The notes under the pieces: model-generated
What the model saw: the letters and a program-made list of their open reading frames with translations, nothing else
Databases searched by the model: none
Told to the model about the DNA's origin: nothing
In this document: positions 13,181 through 25,344 of the stretch, piece by piece
Numbering within the stretch: position 1 is the stretch's first letter
Layout: each line of letters begins with the position of its first letter
From: Squalus acanthias
Lineage: Eukaryota
DNA: 64,000 bases
Reading direction: 5' to 3'
Assembly (NCBI GenBank): GCA_030390025.1
Contig: CM059432.1
Span: 5,084,001-5,148,000 of the forward strand
Program-made: the position numbers and the translations under genes

Positions 13181-13312
13181 CTGATCTGCTTTACCGAATC
13201 GATGCCCGGCCAGAATCATATGAAAAGCAAACTTGCGTACCATGGGAGAACGCATGTTGATGAAACAGTGGGCAGCTTGTTCTAGTAAAAGTGCACTTCG
13301 GAGGTCAGAATC
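13181..13312 (-). CDS. TRAPPC8: TRAPPC8 exon, 132 nt: DSDLRSALLLEQAAHCFINMRSPMVRKFAFHMILAGHRFGKADQ
   Basis: Inside ORF 13121..13318. Acceptor aaatgcag, donor gtaagc, phase 0-0. Confidence 0.97.
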
Positions 13313-13999
13313 CTGCATTTAAAAAAGACATATGGTGTTTCACATCACCGCAAGATGCAACCTTAATTACAACACAATCTCAATTAGCATCCAGCTTAGT
13401 GGTAAACACTCAATAGACAAGTTTGTGAACTAAATAATTCATTACACCAATCAATAATTACCTTCAGACTCTCTGAAAGCGATAAGCAACACATTTTAAG
13501 TTTACGCTGTAAAACGAAAAGAACATTGCATTAAAGAATTCCCTTTTACAGTTCCCGCAGGGAGTCTCCTTAACCAACATTCTTTACTCTCCTGCAAAAT
13601 TCACGCTCGTGGGCAAACTGGTGTCCTAAGTGGTCCCTCGCCAACTCCTGCTGTCTGTTAACCTCAAGCAACTGCTTGTGTCATCAAAGGCTTCACGACG
13701 GGAGGTGATAGGATACTGAAAACCAACTTCAGACTGTGTCAGGATAGAAGGGAAACGTGAGAGGGGCTGGGGCTGTATCTGCTGCTGAAGCTTCTCTGGA
13801 TCCAAGAATCCCAACAACTTCTTGGCTGTATCAATGAATGTGAAATGTAGTTGGGCAGAAACTTCCTTTCTGGGTTACTCATGATACATCCCTGCACCCC
13901 ACAATCAATTCCCTCTCTGACCTGGGAGTGGAGAGGCAGCGCTGTGCTAAATCAGAACCCAAAGCCTCTATTCATTGACAGAAACTGAGCTTTGTCATC

Positions 14000-14520
14000 C
14001 TTATCGGAGGATGGACACACTTGCCTTAGAGGCGGTGCAACGAAGGTTCACCAGATTGATCCCTGGAATGAGAGGGTTGTCCTATGAGGAGAGATTGTGT
14101 AGACTGGGCCTGTATTCTCTGGAGTTTAGAAGAATGAGAGATGATTTAATTGAAACACAAGATACTGAGGGGGGGGATTGACAAGGTAAATGCGGAAAGA
14201 CCGTTTCCCCTGGCTGGAGAGTCTAGAACTAGGGGGGCATAGTCTCAGGATAAGGGGCCGGCCATTTAAGACTGAGATGAGGAGGAATTTCTTCACTGAG
14301 GGTTGTGAATCTTGATCTCAAAGGGCTGTGAATACTCAGTCTTTGAGTATATTCAAGGCGGAGAGAGACAGATTTTTGGACTCTCGGGAAATCAAGGGAT
14401 ATGGGGATCGGGTGGGAAAGTGGAGTTGAGGTCGAAGATCAGCCATGATCTTATTGAATGGCGGAGCAGGCTCGAAGGGCTGCATAGCCTACTACTGTCC
14501 CTAATTCTTATGTGCTTATT
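14000..14520 (+). mobile_element. CR1 LINE 3' fragment
   Basis: ALEAVQRRFTRLIPGMRGLSYEERL.RLGLYSLEFRR. Confidence 0.88.
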
Positions 14521-14981
14521 GAAGCCAGGACAGCCTTCCATTGAGTCAAATCACATCTAGTCCACTTTTAATTTTGACAAAATTCATGCAATGATGAGAG
14601 ACAATGAGAAATGTACAGTATGAAAAAGGGAAAGAGCTGGGGAGTGGGACTAACTGGATCGCTCTTCGAAAGAACCGGCGCAGACTCGATGGGCTGAATG
14701 GCCTCCTTCTGTGCTGTACTATTCTATGATTTTATGAGTCAATCATGAGGAAGGACTCTATATTCACAGGTTTTAAAACTCTTTCCATTGAATAAACCTG
14801 AGGTAGAGTAAATCAGGGCCAAAATAACCCAAGTAGCTTTCCATGGAGCATTAATATGCAAGTACCCAGTGGAAACCTGTGTGTAACTTGGAAAAATAAT
14901 GAGTAAACCCTTTGCCGCAGAGCTGATAATAAACTGCAAGACAGACTATGGACTGAAGAACCACCAAACACACCAGCAATG

Positions 14982-17116
14982 TGTAAATTGGAATCAAAGG
15001 CTAGCAGGCAAAACTGTTGTGGAACAATGGGCTGCCTTTAAAGAGGAAGTAGTTCGGGTACAGTCGAGGTACATTCCCACGAGGGGGAAAGGTAGGGCAA
15101 CTAAAATCAGAGCTCCCTGGATGACGAAACAGATAGAGAATAAGGTGAAGCAGAAAAAGAGCACGTATGACAGATGTCAGGTCGAGAATACATCTGAGAA
15201 TCAGGTTAAACATAGAAAGTTCAGAGGAGAAGTGAAAGAGAAAATAAGAGGGACAAGAGGGTATGAGAATAGAATGGCAGCTAACATAAAAGGTAATCCA
15301 AAAGTCTTCTATAGGCAGATAAATAGTAAACGGGTAGTAAGAGGAGGGATGGGCCGATTAGGGACCAAAAAGGAGACCTACGCATGGAGACAGAGGGTAT
15401 GGCTGAGGTACTAAATGAGAACTTTGCATCTGTCTTCACCAAGGAAGATGCTGCCATAGACAGTGAAGGAGGAGGTATTGGATGGGCTAAGAATTGATAA
15501 AGAAGAGGTACTAGAAAGGCAGGCTGTACTTAAAAGTAGATAAATCACCAGGACCGGATGGGATGCATCCTAGGACGGCGAGTGGAGTGAAGTGAAGGGA
15601 AGAAACCGTGGAAGTACTAGCCATAATCTTCCAATCCTCCTTAGAAACGGGGGTGGTGCCAGAGGACTGGAGAATTGCAAATGTTACACCCTTGTTCAAA
15701 AAAGGGTGTAAAGATAAACCCAGCAACTATGGGCCGGTCAGTTTAACCGTGGTAGTGGGGAAGTTTTTAGAGAAACAATAATCAGGGACAAAATGAACAG
15801 TCACTTGGACAAGTGTGGATTAATTAAGGAAAGCCAGCACGGATTTGTTCAAGGCAAATCATACGTTTAACCAACTTGATCAAGTTTTTTGATGAGGTAA
15901 CAGATGAGGGCAATGCAGTTGACGTGGTGTACATGGATTTCCAAAAGGCGTTCGACAAAGTACCACATAATAGGCTTGCCAACAAAGTTGAAGCCCATGG
16001 AATAAAAGGGACAGTGGCAGCTTGGAAACGAAATTGGCTAAGTGACAGGAAACAGAGAGTAGTGGTGAACGGTTGTTTTTCGGACTGGAGATAGGTTTAC
16101 AGTGGTGTTTCCCAGGGGTCGGTTCAAGGACCACTGCTTTTCTTGATATATATTATTAACTTGGACGTGGGAGTACAGGGCATAATTTCAAAATTTGCAG
16201 ATGACGCAAAACTTGGAAGTATAGTGAAGAATAGCGAGGAGGAGAGTGATAGACTTCAGGAAGACAGACAGGCTGGTGAAATGGGCGGACACGTGACAGA
16301 TGAAAATTAACGCAGAAAAGTGCGAAGTGATACATTTTGGTAGGAAGAACGAGGAGAGGAAATATAAACTAAAGGGTACAATCCTAAAAGGGGGTGCATG
16401 AACAGGGAGACCGAGGGGTATATGTACTCAAATTGTTGAAGGTGGCAGGGCAGGTTGAGAAAGCAGTTAAAAAAGCTTATGGGATCCTGGGCTTCATGAA
16501 TAGAGGTATAGAGTACAAAAGCGTGGATTAGATGATGAACCTTTCTAAAACACTGGTTTGGCCTCAACTGGAGTAGTGTCTCCAATTCTGGGCACCGCAC
16601 TTTAGGAAGGATGTGAAGGCCTCAGAGAGGGTGCAGAAAAGATTTATGAGAACGATCCCAGGAATGAGGGACTTCAGTTACATGGATAGACTGGAGAAGC
16701 TGGGGTTGTTCTCCTTGGAGCAGAGAAGTTTGAGAGGAGATTTGATAGAGGTGTTCAAAATCATGAGGGGTCTGATAGAGTAGATAGAGAGAAACTGTTC
16801 CCATTGGCAGAAGGGTCAAGAACCAGAGGACACAGATTTAAGGTGATTGGCAAAAGAACCAAAGGCGACGTAAGAAAAAAACTTGTTTACGCAGCGAGTG
16901 GTTAGGATCTGGAATGCACTGCCTGAAAGGGTGGTGGAGGCAGATTCTATCACGGCTTTCAAAAGGGAATTGGATAAGTACCTGAAAGAAAAAAATTTGC
17001 AGGGCTACAGGAAAAGGGCAGCGGAGTATGACTAGCTGAAGTGCTCTTGCAAGGAGCCGGCACGGGCTCGACGGGCCGAATGGCCTTCTTCCGTGCTGTA
17101 ACCATTCTATGATTCT
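14982..17116 (+). mobile_element. CR1 LINE, about 2.1 kb degenerate ORF2 (RT) with 3' tail
   Basis: VDVVYMDFQKAFDKVPH, SKFADD and a (ATTCTATG)-like tail, with many frameshifts. Confidence 0.9.
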
Positions 17117-17189
17117 GATATGGGTGCAAATCGAAGCTTCAGATAACTGCAGAAGGACGCAGTCCCCAACCACAAAGGAAACGCATCTT

Positions 17190-17580
17190 CAACAGCTTCA
17201 AGGGTTAAGTTACGAGGAGAATTATACAAATTAGGGTTGTATTCTCTGGAATTTAGAAGGTTAAGGGGTGATCTGATCGAAATTTTCAAGCTATTAAGGG
17301 GATCTTATGGGTAGATAGAGAAAACTATTTCCGCTGGTTGGTGAGTCTAGGACTCGGGGGCATAGTCTAAAAATTAGAGCCCGACAAAGGGCGGCAGAAG
17401 TTTGGAACTCTCTTCCGCAAACGGCAATTGATGCTAGATCAATTGTTAATTTTAAATCTGAGATTTATATTTGTCAACCAAAGGTATTAAGGGATATCGG
17501 CCAAAGGCGGGTATATGGAGTTAGGTAGTAGATCAGGCTCGAGGGGCTGAATGGCCTACTCCTGTTCCTATGTTCCTATC
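17190..17580 (+). mobile_element. CR1 LINE 3' fragment
   Basis: LGLYSLEFRRLRGDLIE region and CR1 tail. Confidence 0.75.
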
Positions 17581-17823
17581 CCTGATTGATTTTCCCTGTG
17601 AGATCAAAGCCGAATGAAAATCATAACAAATGCTTCAGTGTTCTTTACATTTCAATTAAAGTAGGTAACTGCCTTATGCTTTAATTATGTTGCAGCAGTA
17701 TAGTGCAATATACTGGGCTATTTCAATAGCAGAGAACTGATGCACCATTTATTACTGCCCACCCACTCAGCCGGTTCTTGTTCGCAATTCACCTGCTTAC
17801 TGTTGGTTGTATCAACATTACCC

Positions 17824-17964
17824 CAACGTTCCCTCTAAGGTGCGCGGCCGTGCACCGATCCGGAGGTCCTGCGCAGGCCGCTCACCAGCTCTTGCTGCTG
17901 GTAAAGATACCACACAGCAAATTTAAAGGGACCACGCACACAAAAAGAATTAGAGGGAACATTG
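17824..17964. mobile_element. Short MITE (hAT-like family)
   Basis: TIR CAACGTTCCCTCTAA / TTAGAGGGAACATTG. No clear TSD at this copy. Confidence 0.7.
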
Positions 17965-18321
17965 CCAGCTATAAATCACTGGAAATATAAGAGGAACAAT
18001 ATCATTTCACTATTTTTAGATGACCTCAAAAGGCAAGTTACTAGTCAATCCATCAGTGAGAAATACAACTTACTCCTCCAGTAACAGCCTTCAGAAGAAA
18101 AACATTTGTTGTTTAAATATTTTACCTGTTAGAATCGGGAACACTTGTGTTATGGAAGCCAAAGGGTTGAAAATATCACTGGAAAAGGTTCATTCTCATT
18201 GAGATTCCTCAGATAGTTCTGAATGAAGTCTCAGGCAAGATAGGACAGATATTTCACCTCACTGGTGTCCATGACACACACATACAAATTCTATTTGAAG
18301 ATTTCTGTCAGATCTACCAGG

Positions 18322-18551
18322 GTCAGCCGTGGCTCAGTGGGTAGCACTCACGCCTCTGAGTCACAAGGTTGTGGGTTCAAGTCCCACTCCAGAGACTTGA
18401 GCACAAAAATCTCCCAGTGAGGGAGTCCAAAGTGCCGTCTTTCGGATGAGACATTAAACTGAGGCCCCGTCTGCTCTCAGGTGGACGTAAAAAGATCCCA
18501 CGGCACTATTTCGAAGAGCGAGCAGGGGGGATTACCCCGTGTCCTGGCCAA
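18322..18551 (+). mobile_element. DeuSINE 5' part
   Basis: tRNA-like head tggctcagtgg...ggttcaagtcc, then the Deu-domain motif GTGCCGTCTTTCGGATGAGAC. Confidence 0.8.
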
Positions 18552-18719
18552 AAAGTCGGTGGAGTACAGCTAGACTGCATATGGCGACTGAACAGAGACA
18601 AGAGTATAGAAAAATAGCGCCAACCATGACAATACTGCACTGAAAGCTTATGTAATAATTAAGTACAATGCCAGCGAAATATCAAACTCCAACTGCAAGG
18701 AATTTCCAACTTTTCCTAC

Positions 18720-18825
18720 CTCGCTTGTCATCCGGATGAGGAGAGCGGCAGCCTCCGAATATTTGGCTTGGCTTTTCAAAATTTCAGCACTTAGTAAAGT
18801 GCATCGCTCAGCGAGTACCAGGTTC
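18720..18825 (-). CDS. TRAPPC8: TRAPPC8 exon, 106 nt: NLVLAERCTLLSAEILKSQAKYSEAAALLIRMTSE
   Basis: Inside ORF 18648..18839. Acceptor ccaccctag, donor gtagga, phase 2-0. Confidence 0.96.
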
Positions 18826-19589
18826 CTAGGGTGGAGCAATTTTATTTAAAAAATTAAAATTCCAAGTTACACCAAATTAACCGAACTAAAATCATAGTAA
18901 ATCCCCTGGACTTTAGGCTTATAGCGACTGTTGGAATTCACCAAGTGGTAATGAACTTGATAATTAACTTGGGAATCACCATCAGTTTCCAATATGGAAA
19001 AACTGTATATTTTCCAAATTGTCTTGGAATAATGCCTTACAATGGACTTTTGCTACATAACTATCTGACGGAGCAAGGCAGTAGCATCAAATCATCCCCT
19101 ACTCCAAAACTAATTCAGCAACCACTCTTGGACTATACCTACATCCAACTATGTCACACGACACAAAATATAGCAATGACTTGCACTCAAAGACCATTCT
19201 TTACAGACAAGATGCATATTCAGTGTTCCGACCCAACTCCAATTTAGCTAGGTTTAATACTATACAACTTGTTCTCCTCTTCCAGCATTAAACTCACTTG
19301 CTTCAGTCTCAACTCTATCAAAATCATATCTCTCAACCTTTCTCTAATTTTCCACTGAGGAATTTAAATCTATCCTCACAGCAAAGTGATTCCAAGAATC
19401 TTTTCCTATGTACCCTCTTCGCATCATCAAAACCCTTCACAGGAGGTATGGGGGGAAAGCACGACTGGATACGGTGGGTTTATCAGCTAGAGCTGTAAAT
19501 CTTGTTTAGACTTGCAGTATTGTAAAAGATTTATTTCGATGCATCCCAATGCGAGCCTTGCTTTGATGAGCCCCCTTCGCACACCAGTT

Positions 19590-20710
19590 TCTTTCATAGT
19601 ACTTCACAGAAACTCGTGACAAAGGTCAGGGCATGTGGGGTCAGAAGCCAGGTAGCGGAAGGCATTAAAAGATGGCTGCAGAACAGAAATCAGAGGGTAA
19701 GGAGTTAAGGGGTGTTTCAAAGACTGGCAGAAAGTGGAAAGTGGTGTGCTGCAGGAATCGGTGTTGGGACCACTGTCGTTTGCCATAGACATGAATGATT
19801 TGAATTCAGAAATTGGTCATATGGCGTCGAAATCTGCAGAGGATACCAAATTGGGAAGTATAGCTAATAATCTTAAGACAACACCAAAATACAAGACGAC
19901 AAACAGGCTTGCAAAGTAGACAGACAAATGAGACTCAGAGTGAAGTGTGAGGTGGTTCATTTTGGTAGGAGGAATAAAGAAGGAAACTAAACAAGGTAAA
20001 GGAGCAGAGAGATCTGGAAATAGAGATATATAAATTACAAGTAGCAAAAAAAGTTGATACGGTCACAAAGAATGCAAAGTACTGGGGTTCATTTCTAAAT
20101 GCCAAGAATACAAAAGCAGGGAGGTAATGCAAGATTTGTATAGAACCTTGGCTAGACCAGACTTGCCGAACTACCCACAGTTCTGGTCTCCTTACTACAA
20201 AAAGGATACTGAAGCACTGAGAAAAGTGCAGAAAAGATTTACAAGGATATTACTAGAATTGAGAGGGTGCAACGATCAGGAAAGATTGAGCAGGCTCGGG
20301 TTCCTTACTCGGGGGCAGGCGGGGAAGAAAAGGAGACCCGATAGATGGTTTTTAAAATTATGGGAGGGGTTCAATGGGATGGATGTGGAGAAACTGTTTC
20401 CACTTGTGAGTGAGCCCAGGAGAAGAGGCCAAAAATCCAAGATAGCCACCAACAATTTCTTCGCACAGGAAGTGGTGAGAATGGGGAACTCGCCGTCACA
20501 TGGAGTGGTTGAAGCAGAGAGCAATGACATATTTCAGGGGAGGATTGAGGCATACACGAGGTAGAAGGGAATAGAGGGATATTGGGACGGAAGGGGTAGG
20601 GCAAGTATTTAGAGCGTGTGGAATCTTGTATAGAGTATAAACACAGTCGTAGACCAGTTCAGTCGAACAGCCGGTTTCCGTGCTGCAGATTCTACGTAAT
20701 TCTATGTAAT
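19590..20710 (+). mobile_element. Old degenerate CR1 LINE (RT to 3' end)
   Basis: SGVLQESVLGPL, SKSAEDTKLG, FWSPYYKKD. Confidence 0.8.
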
Positions 20711-20714
20711 CTTT

Positions 20715-20895
20715 GCTGCCCTTGCCCTTCTAGGTGGAAGAGGTCGCGGGTTTGGGAGGTGCTGCCGAAGAAGCCTTGGCGAGTTGCTGCAGTGCATCTT
20801 GTAGATGGTGCACACTGCAGCCACAGTACGCTGGGGGTGGAGGGAGTGAATGTTTAGGGTGGTGGATGGGGTGCCAATCAAGCGGCTGCTTTATC
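20715..20895 (-). mobile_element. CR1/L2-group LINE 3' fragment
   Basis: Collinear with 41810-41960. Confidence 0.7.
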
Positions 20896-21648
20896 CGTAC
20901 ACTGGGCTGTGCACCACAAAGCAGAGAGGGGAACTGCAGTTTTCTTGATGCACCATCTCTCTAATCAATAGCAAGTTAATTATGATTTTTTTTAATGTTC
21001 CTTATCAGAAGAAAGAAGCTGGCATACTGCATCGACATCCTTAGCCTGTCTAAAAGCTTCAATATCCTTCCAATGGCATCAATCGCAATCTTGCGTACGT
21101 TAGTCTAACTGAGGTCTTATATAGGCTAGTCATTAACTTTTGTGCATTTACACCTCAATATCCACAGACTATATGAACAACAATTCATCACTACCTGCAA
21201 AAATCAATGGCCCCCTTTGCTAACTTCTCAATATTTCATCCACCTGAGGAAAACAAAATCCTCCAGAATTACATTACCTTCTCAGCACATTACATACATC
21301 ACAAATCTCAAAAAGGAATCCTGGATTAAAATCATCTGCTTCACTCTTGTGCCTTTACACAGGGCTCAACAAGTATTCCATTGCTTTGAATTTCATTCCC
21401 TTTCTACCTGACCATTCCTCTTCAAAATAACCCTCAATCAATTTCCCGACTGCCGCTTCCATTCTCCCGACGCAAGGCCATCAATGGACTCAAAACTGGC
21501 CCCGAACCTTAAAACAGCTTCAAGCCAGTACAAAGCTTCGAAACTTCAGCCTCAAGATACTTTTTTCAAATGCACTGACGTTCTCTAGCTATTCCACCTC
21601 GTCGCTGAGTGTTAATTCTTATTTGACTTGACCAAAGATGTCACGTAC

Positions 21649-21749
21649 TTGCACAGGTCTTTGTACGCCTGAATAGCGGTCTCCATGTAATGGGTGGGAT
21701 ATTGTCTCTGTGCTCCAGGCTGAAGAAAAACTGATGCTGCCGCCATTTC
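21649..21749 (-). CDS. TRAPPC8: TRAPPC8 exon, 101 nt: EMAAASVFLQPGAQRQYPTHYMETAIQAYKDLC(K)
   Basis: Manual translation. Acceptor tttcaaag, donor gtacgt, phase 0-2. Confidence 0.95.
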
Positions 21750-22229
21750 CTTTGAAATGTTAAAAATTTTACAAAAGAAAACATTACTCAAGTGTTACCA
21801 TAACACCCAGCATTTCTACAATGTAACTTTACAATATAATTTTCTTAAGAGTGAGGTTTTGAAGAGATGTCTGATATGCATCATGAGATGGATCAAAGCT
21901 AAAAACCTAAATAAAATAAATTGAGTATCACACGTATCAATACCAAGTATATTACAGATACACTGGTTCACAGGATTAGGAAGGCAAGGATGAAGATTAT
22001 GTTCAATCGCATCCTCATGCAGTATTTAACACTCAAATGTTAAGTAAGCTTCTCAACATTACTCAGATAGAAATTCGTGTGTCTATTCAGTTCTTTCTCA
22101 AAAGAGAGGCAAAACTAAAACTACTGACAGGATCCCAGTCCTACAAAACCTAACTTTTGCAAAATACATTATTAAAGCGGGTATGATAAGGTATCCCATA
22201 CAAGACATGGCGGGTACTAACTTCCTCAG

Positions 22230-22490
22230 AGTGATACAGCACAGAAGGAGGCCATTCGGCCCATCGTGCCTGTGCTGGCTCTTTGAAAGAGCTTTTAAAT
22301 TAGTCCTGCTCTTTCCCCATAGCCCTGCAAATTTTCCCAGTTCAAGTATTTATCCAGTTCCCTTTTGAAAGTTACGATTGAATCTGCTTCCACCACCCCT
22401 TTTCAGGCAGCGCATTCCAGATCATAACTTGCTGTGTAAAAAACCATTTCCTCCTGTCGCCTCTGGTTCTTTTGCCAATTTCCTTGAATT
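22230..22490 (-). mobile_element. CR1 3'-end fragment
   Basis: Reverse complement of the CR1 tail seen at 16840-17110. Confidence 0.75.
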
Positions 22491-22589
22491 TGTAGTGAAT
22501 TGTAATCCCAATAGCTTAGTTGTTCAACGTTTTAGCAAGAGAATCTGCTAAAAAAATTAGCTCAGAAAATTGTATATTAAGTAGCTGAG

Positions 22590-22860
22590 CTGTTAAGAGT
22601 CAACCACATTACTGTGGATCTGGAATCACATCTTGGCCAGACTGGGTAAGGACAGCAGATTTCCTTCCCTAAAGGGCATTAGTGAACCAGATGGGTTTTT
22701 ACAACAATCCGGTAGTTTCATGGTCACCATTTCTGGTACTAGCTTCTTAATTCCAGATTTAGTTAACTGAATTTATAATGCCGTGGTGGGATTTGAACTC
22801 ACGTCTCATTAGTTCTAGTATTACTAGTCTAGTAACATAACCACTATGCTACCGTATCCC
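22590..22860 (-). mobile_element. tRNA-derived SINE (same family as 1180-1545)
   Basis: Minus strand A box TAGCATAGTGG and B box GAGTTCAAATCC, with the shared body ...TTTAGGGAAGGAAA.CTGC..TCCTTACCCAGTC. Confidence 0.7.
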
Positions 22861-23246
22861 ACTATGATGCTCAGTCTGCTGAGGGTGGTGGTAAAGGCTC
22901 TCAAATTGATCTCAGCACCCTTGGGTGGGGTAGGATAGGGAAAGAAAAGATAAAAGTCAACCAGGTTCCCTCCCTTCGTCCTTAACCAGTAAACCCTGCT
23001 GGAAGTGCACGCGTGCAGACAGCATCAGGCTCATCTGTGTTGCCTCTCATGGTCAAACAGCCTATTAGTTACAAATAGCAGCCACCTCAGCAAAGCACCA
23101 GAGGGCCTCCAGCACCTATCTATTCACACCCCAACAAGGAGTCCACGTCAAGAAAGGCAAGGAGCAAAGGAAACTGGCAGAAAATTGGTAATAAAAAAAT
23201 ACTTGTGGAAAATCTTAATAGGGAAAGGTCCCATATACATGACCCA

Positions 23247-23375
23247 CAATATTCCCTTTAAGGGGTTGTACGGCCCCGTTCAAAATACCACGCATGCACG
23301 GTTTTTCCCATTTGAAAGCCGGTGAGCCAGCTGCACAGGAGCTCCAGAATGCTGCGCAGCTTAAAGGGAACACGG
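23247..23375. mobile_element. hAT-like MITE with 8-bp TSD
   Basis: TIR CAATATTCCCTTTAAG / CTTAAAGGGAACACGG. Flanks ATGACCCA / ACGACCCA. Confidence 0.75.
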
Positions 23376-23948
23376 ACGACCCACCATCAGAATAACACGC
23401 AATATACTAGATTTTGGATTCGGAGTATTAACTCTGCAGGTGACCCTCATGTACTGGCACACCCATTATATTTTCTGCATGAGGGCGAGGATGAAAAGAA
23501 TTTTCATTTGATTATTACACAGCAAAATCAACATTTATATAACAGATTCACCCAGTCCAGAACCCCACACAATATTTATATTGAGATTATGTTTATTTTA
23601 ATTTATTAACTTTTAAAAGTTTTTTTTTTGCAGTTTTTTTTTTTAAATAAAGGTTTTTCCTCCTTCTGGTCGTGTTATCTGCCACCTACTCACCTCCAAT
23701 CTCTGCCTCTGGTCACCCAGAGTTTACAGTTAATTAGGTATATTTCATCTAATTATTTAATTTTTTTAGCCTGTGGGAGTTTCTCCATGTCTGCAGTTGC
23801 CATGAAGTAGCAGTTGCCTATTGCTGATGCTTCAACAAGACTATGTCGGATTGGCACAGAGGCAGTGGAGGGGTCAAGAAAGGTGGTGGAGAGGTCAGAG
23901 TTGGGTGACATCAGCGTACTTCTACAATTACACCCCACTCCAATCCTC

Positions 23949-23977
<29 letters not shown>
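23949..23977 (+). repeat. Poly-G homopolymer (about 29 nt)
   Basis: Read directly from the sequence. Confidence 0.9.
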
Positions 23978-23981
<4 letters not shown>

Positions 23982-24897
23982 CCACGGTGACATTGTGGGC
24001 ATGGGAAGATCTACTGCTAGAGGTGCTTTGGCTATGATTGGATGGGCAAGAGCAGTACCAAGCAAAGGCAGGGACACAAAACTGGAACAGAAAAGGCATG
24101 GAGAGGCATGGTGTGGTCGACTGCAGAGTGGTGGAGCAGGGATAATGCACCATGGTCAGTTATAGGGAATGTCATTGATAACTTTGGTTCGGGCCACTCC
24201 AGTGCTGTGGGAGGGGCAGAATTCCTGATTGGAGGGCTTCAAACAAGATGCAGGAGAGGTGGACACAGATCTCGGAGACAAGATGACATTCAAGGACCCT
24301 AACAATGAAATACATAGAAGTTGTAACATGGAAACAGGCTATTTGACACAACCAGACCCTATCTAAGTTTACCCTCCATGCAAACAAAGTTAGAATCACA
24401 CTTAACCACCCTGTTCCCAGATCCCTTTAACCACCTATCCAATCTAACCTTGAAGGGTGGCATAGCTTTTGCCTCAACCACTAACCCTAGGTGTGAATTT
24501 CACAGCCTCACAATTCTCTGCAAAAAGTTTAGCCTGCCCTGTTCTAAATCTCTTGCATTTATGGCCCCTTGTTCGTGACCCTTCATTTACTGGAAACAGT
24601 CTGCTTCTATCCATCCTTTCATAATTTTAAACACTATTACATCTTTGTGTAATCTGCGGTGTTCGAACGAAAAAACCCAATTTTTCCAAGTCTTTCTTCG
24701 TATTTGTGTTTCCTCATAACAGGCTGCAATCTGAAGCCTCAATATTCTCCCTATAGTGTGGAGCCCAATACTACACACAGTACTCCAACAGATATCTTAA
24801 AGGTTTTTATATAGGCTTATCACGACCTCTTGGCTTTACATTCTACAACGCTTGAGGCAAAACCTAGAATTCCATTAGCTTTGTTAAAAATTATACA

Positions 24898-25344
24898 AAA
24901 ATGAGAAGTCGCACAACACCAGGTTATAGTCCAACAGTTTTATTTAAAATTACGAGCTTTCGGAGCGCTGCTCCTTCTTCAGGTAAAGGTACAGTGAGGG
25001 AATCTATTACACAGTATATATACACAGAGAGCAATGTGTCTGCAGAGATACAATCTGTTAGGGAGGCATTACATCAAAGACACATCAGAGTACAGCTAAG
25101 ACAATGAGGTGGGTCTGATGTGTCTTTGATGTAATGCCTCCCTAACAGATTGCATCTCTGCAGACAAATTGTTCTCTGTGTATATATACTGTGTAATCGA
25201 TTCCCTCACTGTACCTTGACCTGAAGAAGGAGCGGAGCTCCGAAAGCTCGTAATTTTAAATAAAACTGTTGGGACTATAACCTGGTGTTGTGCAACTTCT
25301 CATTTTTGTCCACCCCAGTCCAACACCGGCATCTCCGCATCATG
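24898..25344. mobile_element. Fold-back Penelope-like insert with two hammerhead motifs (family B), 12-bp TSD
   Basis: Inverted arms about 24895-25089 and 25114-25309 with a 24-nt spacer. TSD AAAAATTATACA at 24886-24897 and 25345-25356. Confidence 0.85.
24950..24986 (-). ncRNA. Minimal hammerhead ribozyme motif (family B)
   Basis: TTAC-CTGAAGA-A-GGAGC(AGC)GCTCC-GAAAG-CT-C-GTAA. Confidence 0.75.

Noticed and set aside
21200..21480. Possible ancient L1/Tx1 endonuclease remnant on the minus strand (EGNVILEDF)
   Set aside because: Too degenerate to support without an alignment.
23949..23977. Poly-G and G-rich runs (also near 12551, 28119, 28958, 60909) as functional G-quadruplexes
   Set aside because: Simple homopolymers of unreliable length with no supporting context.
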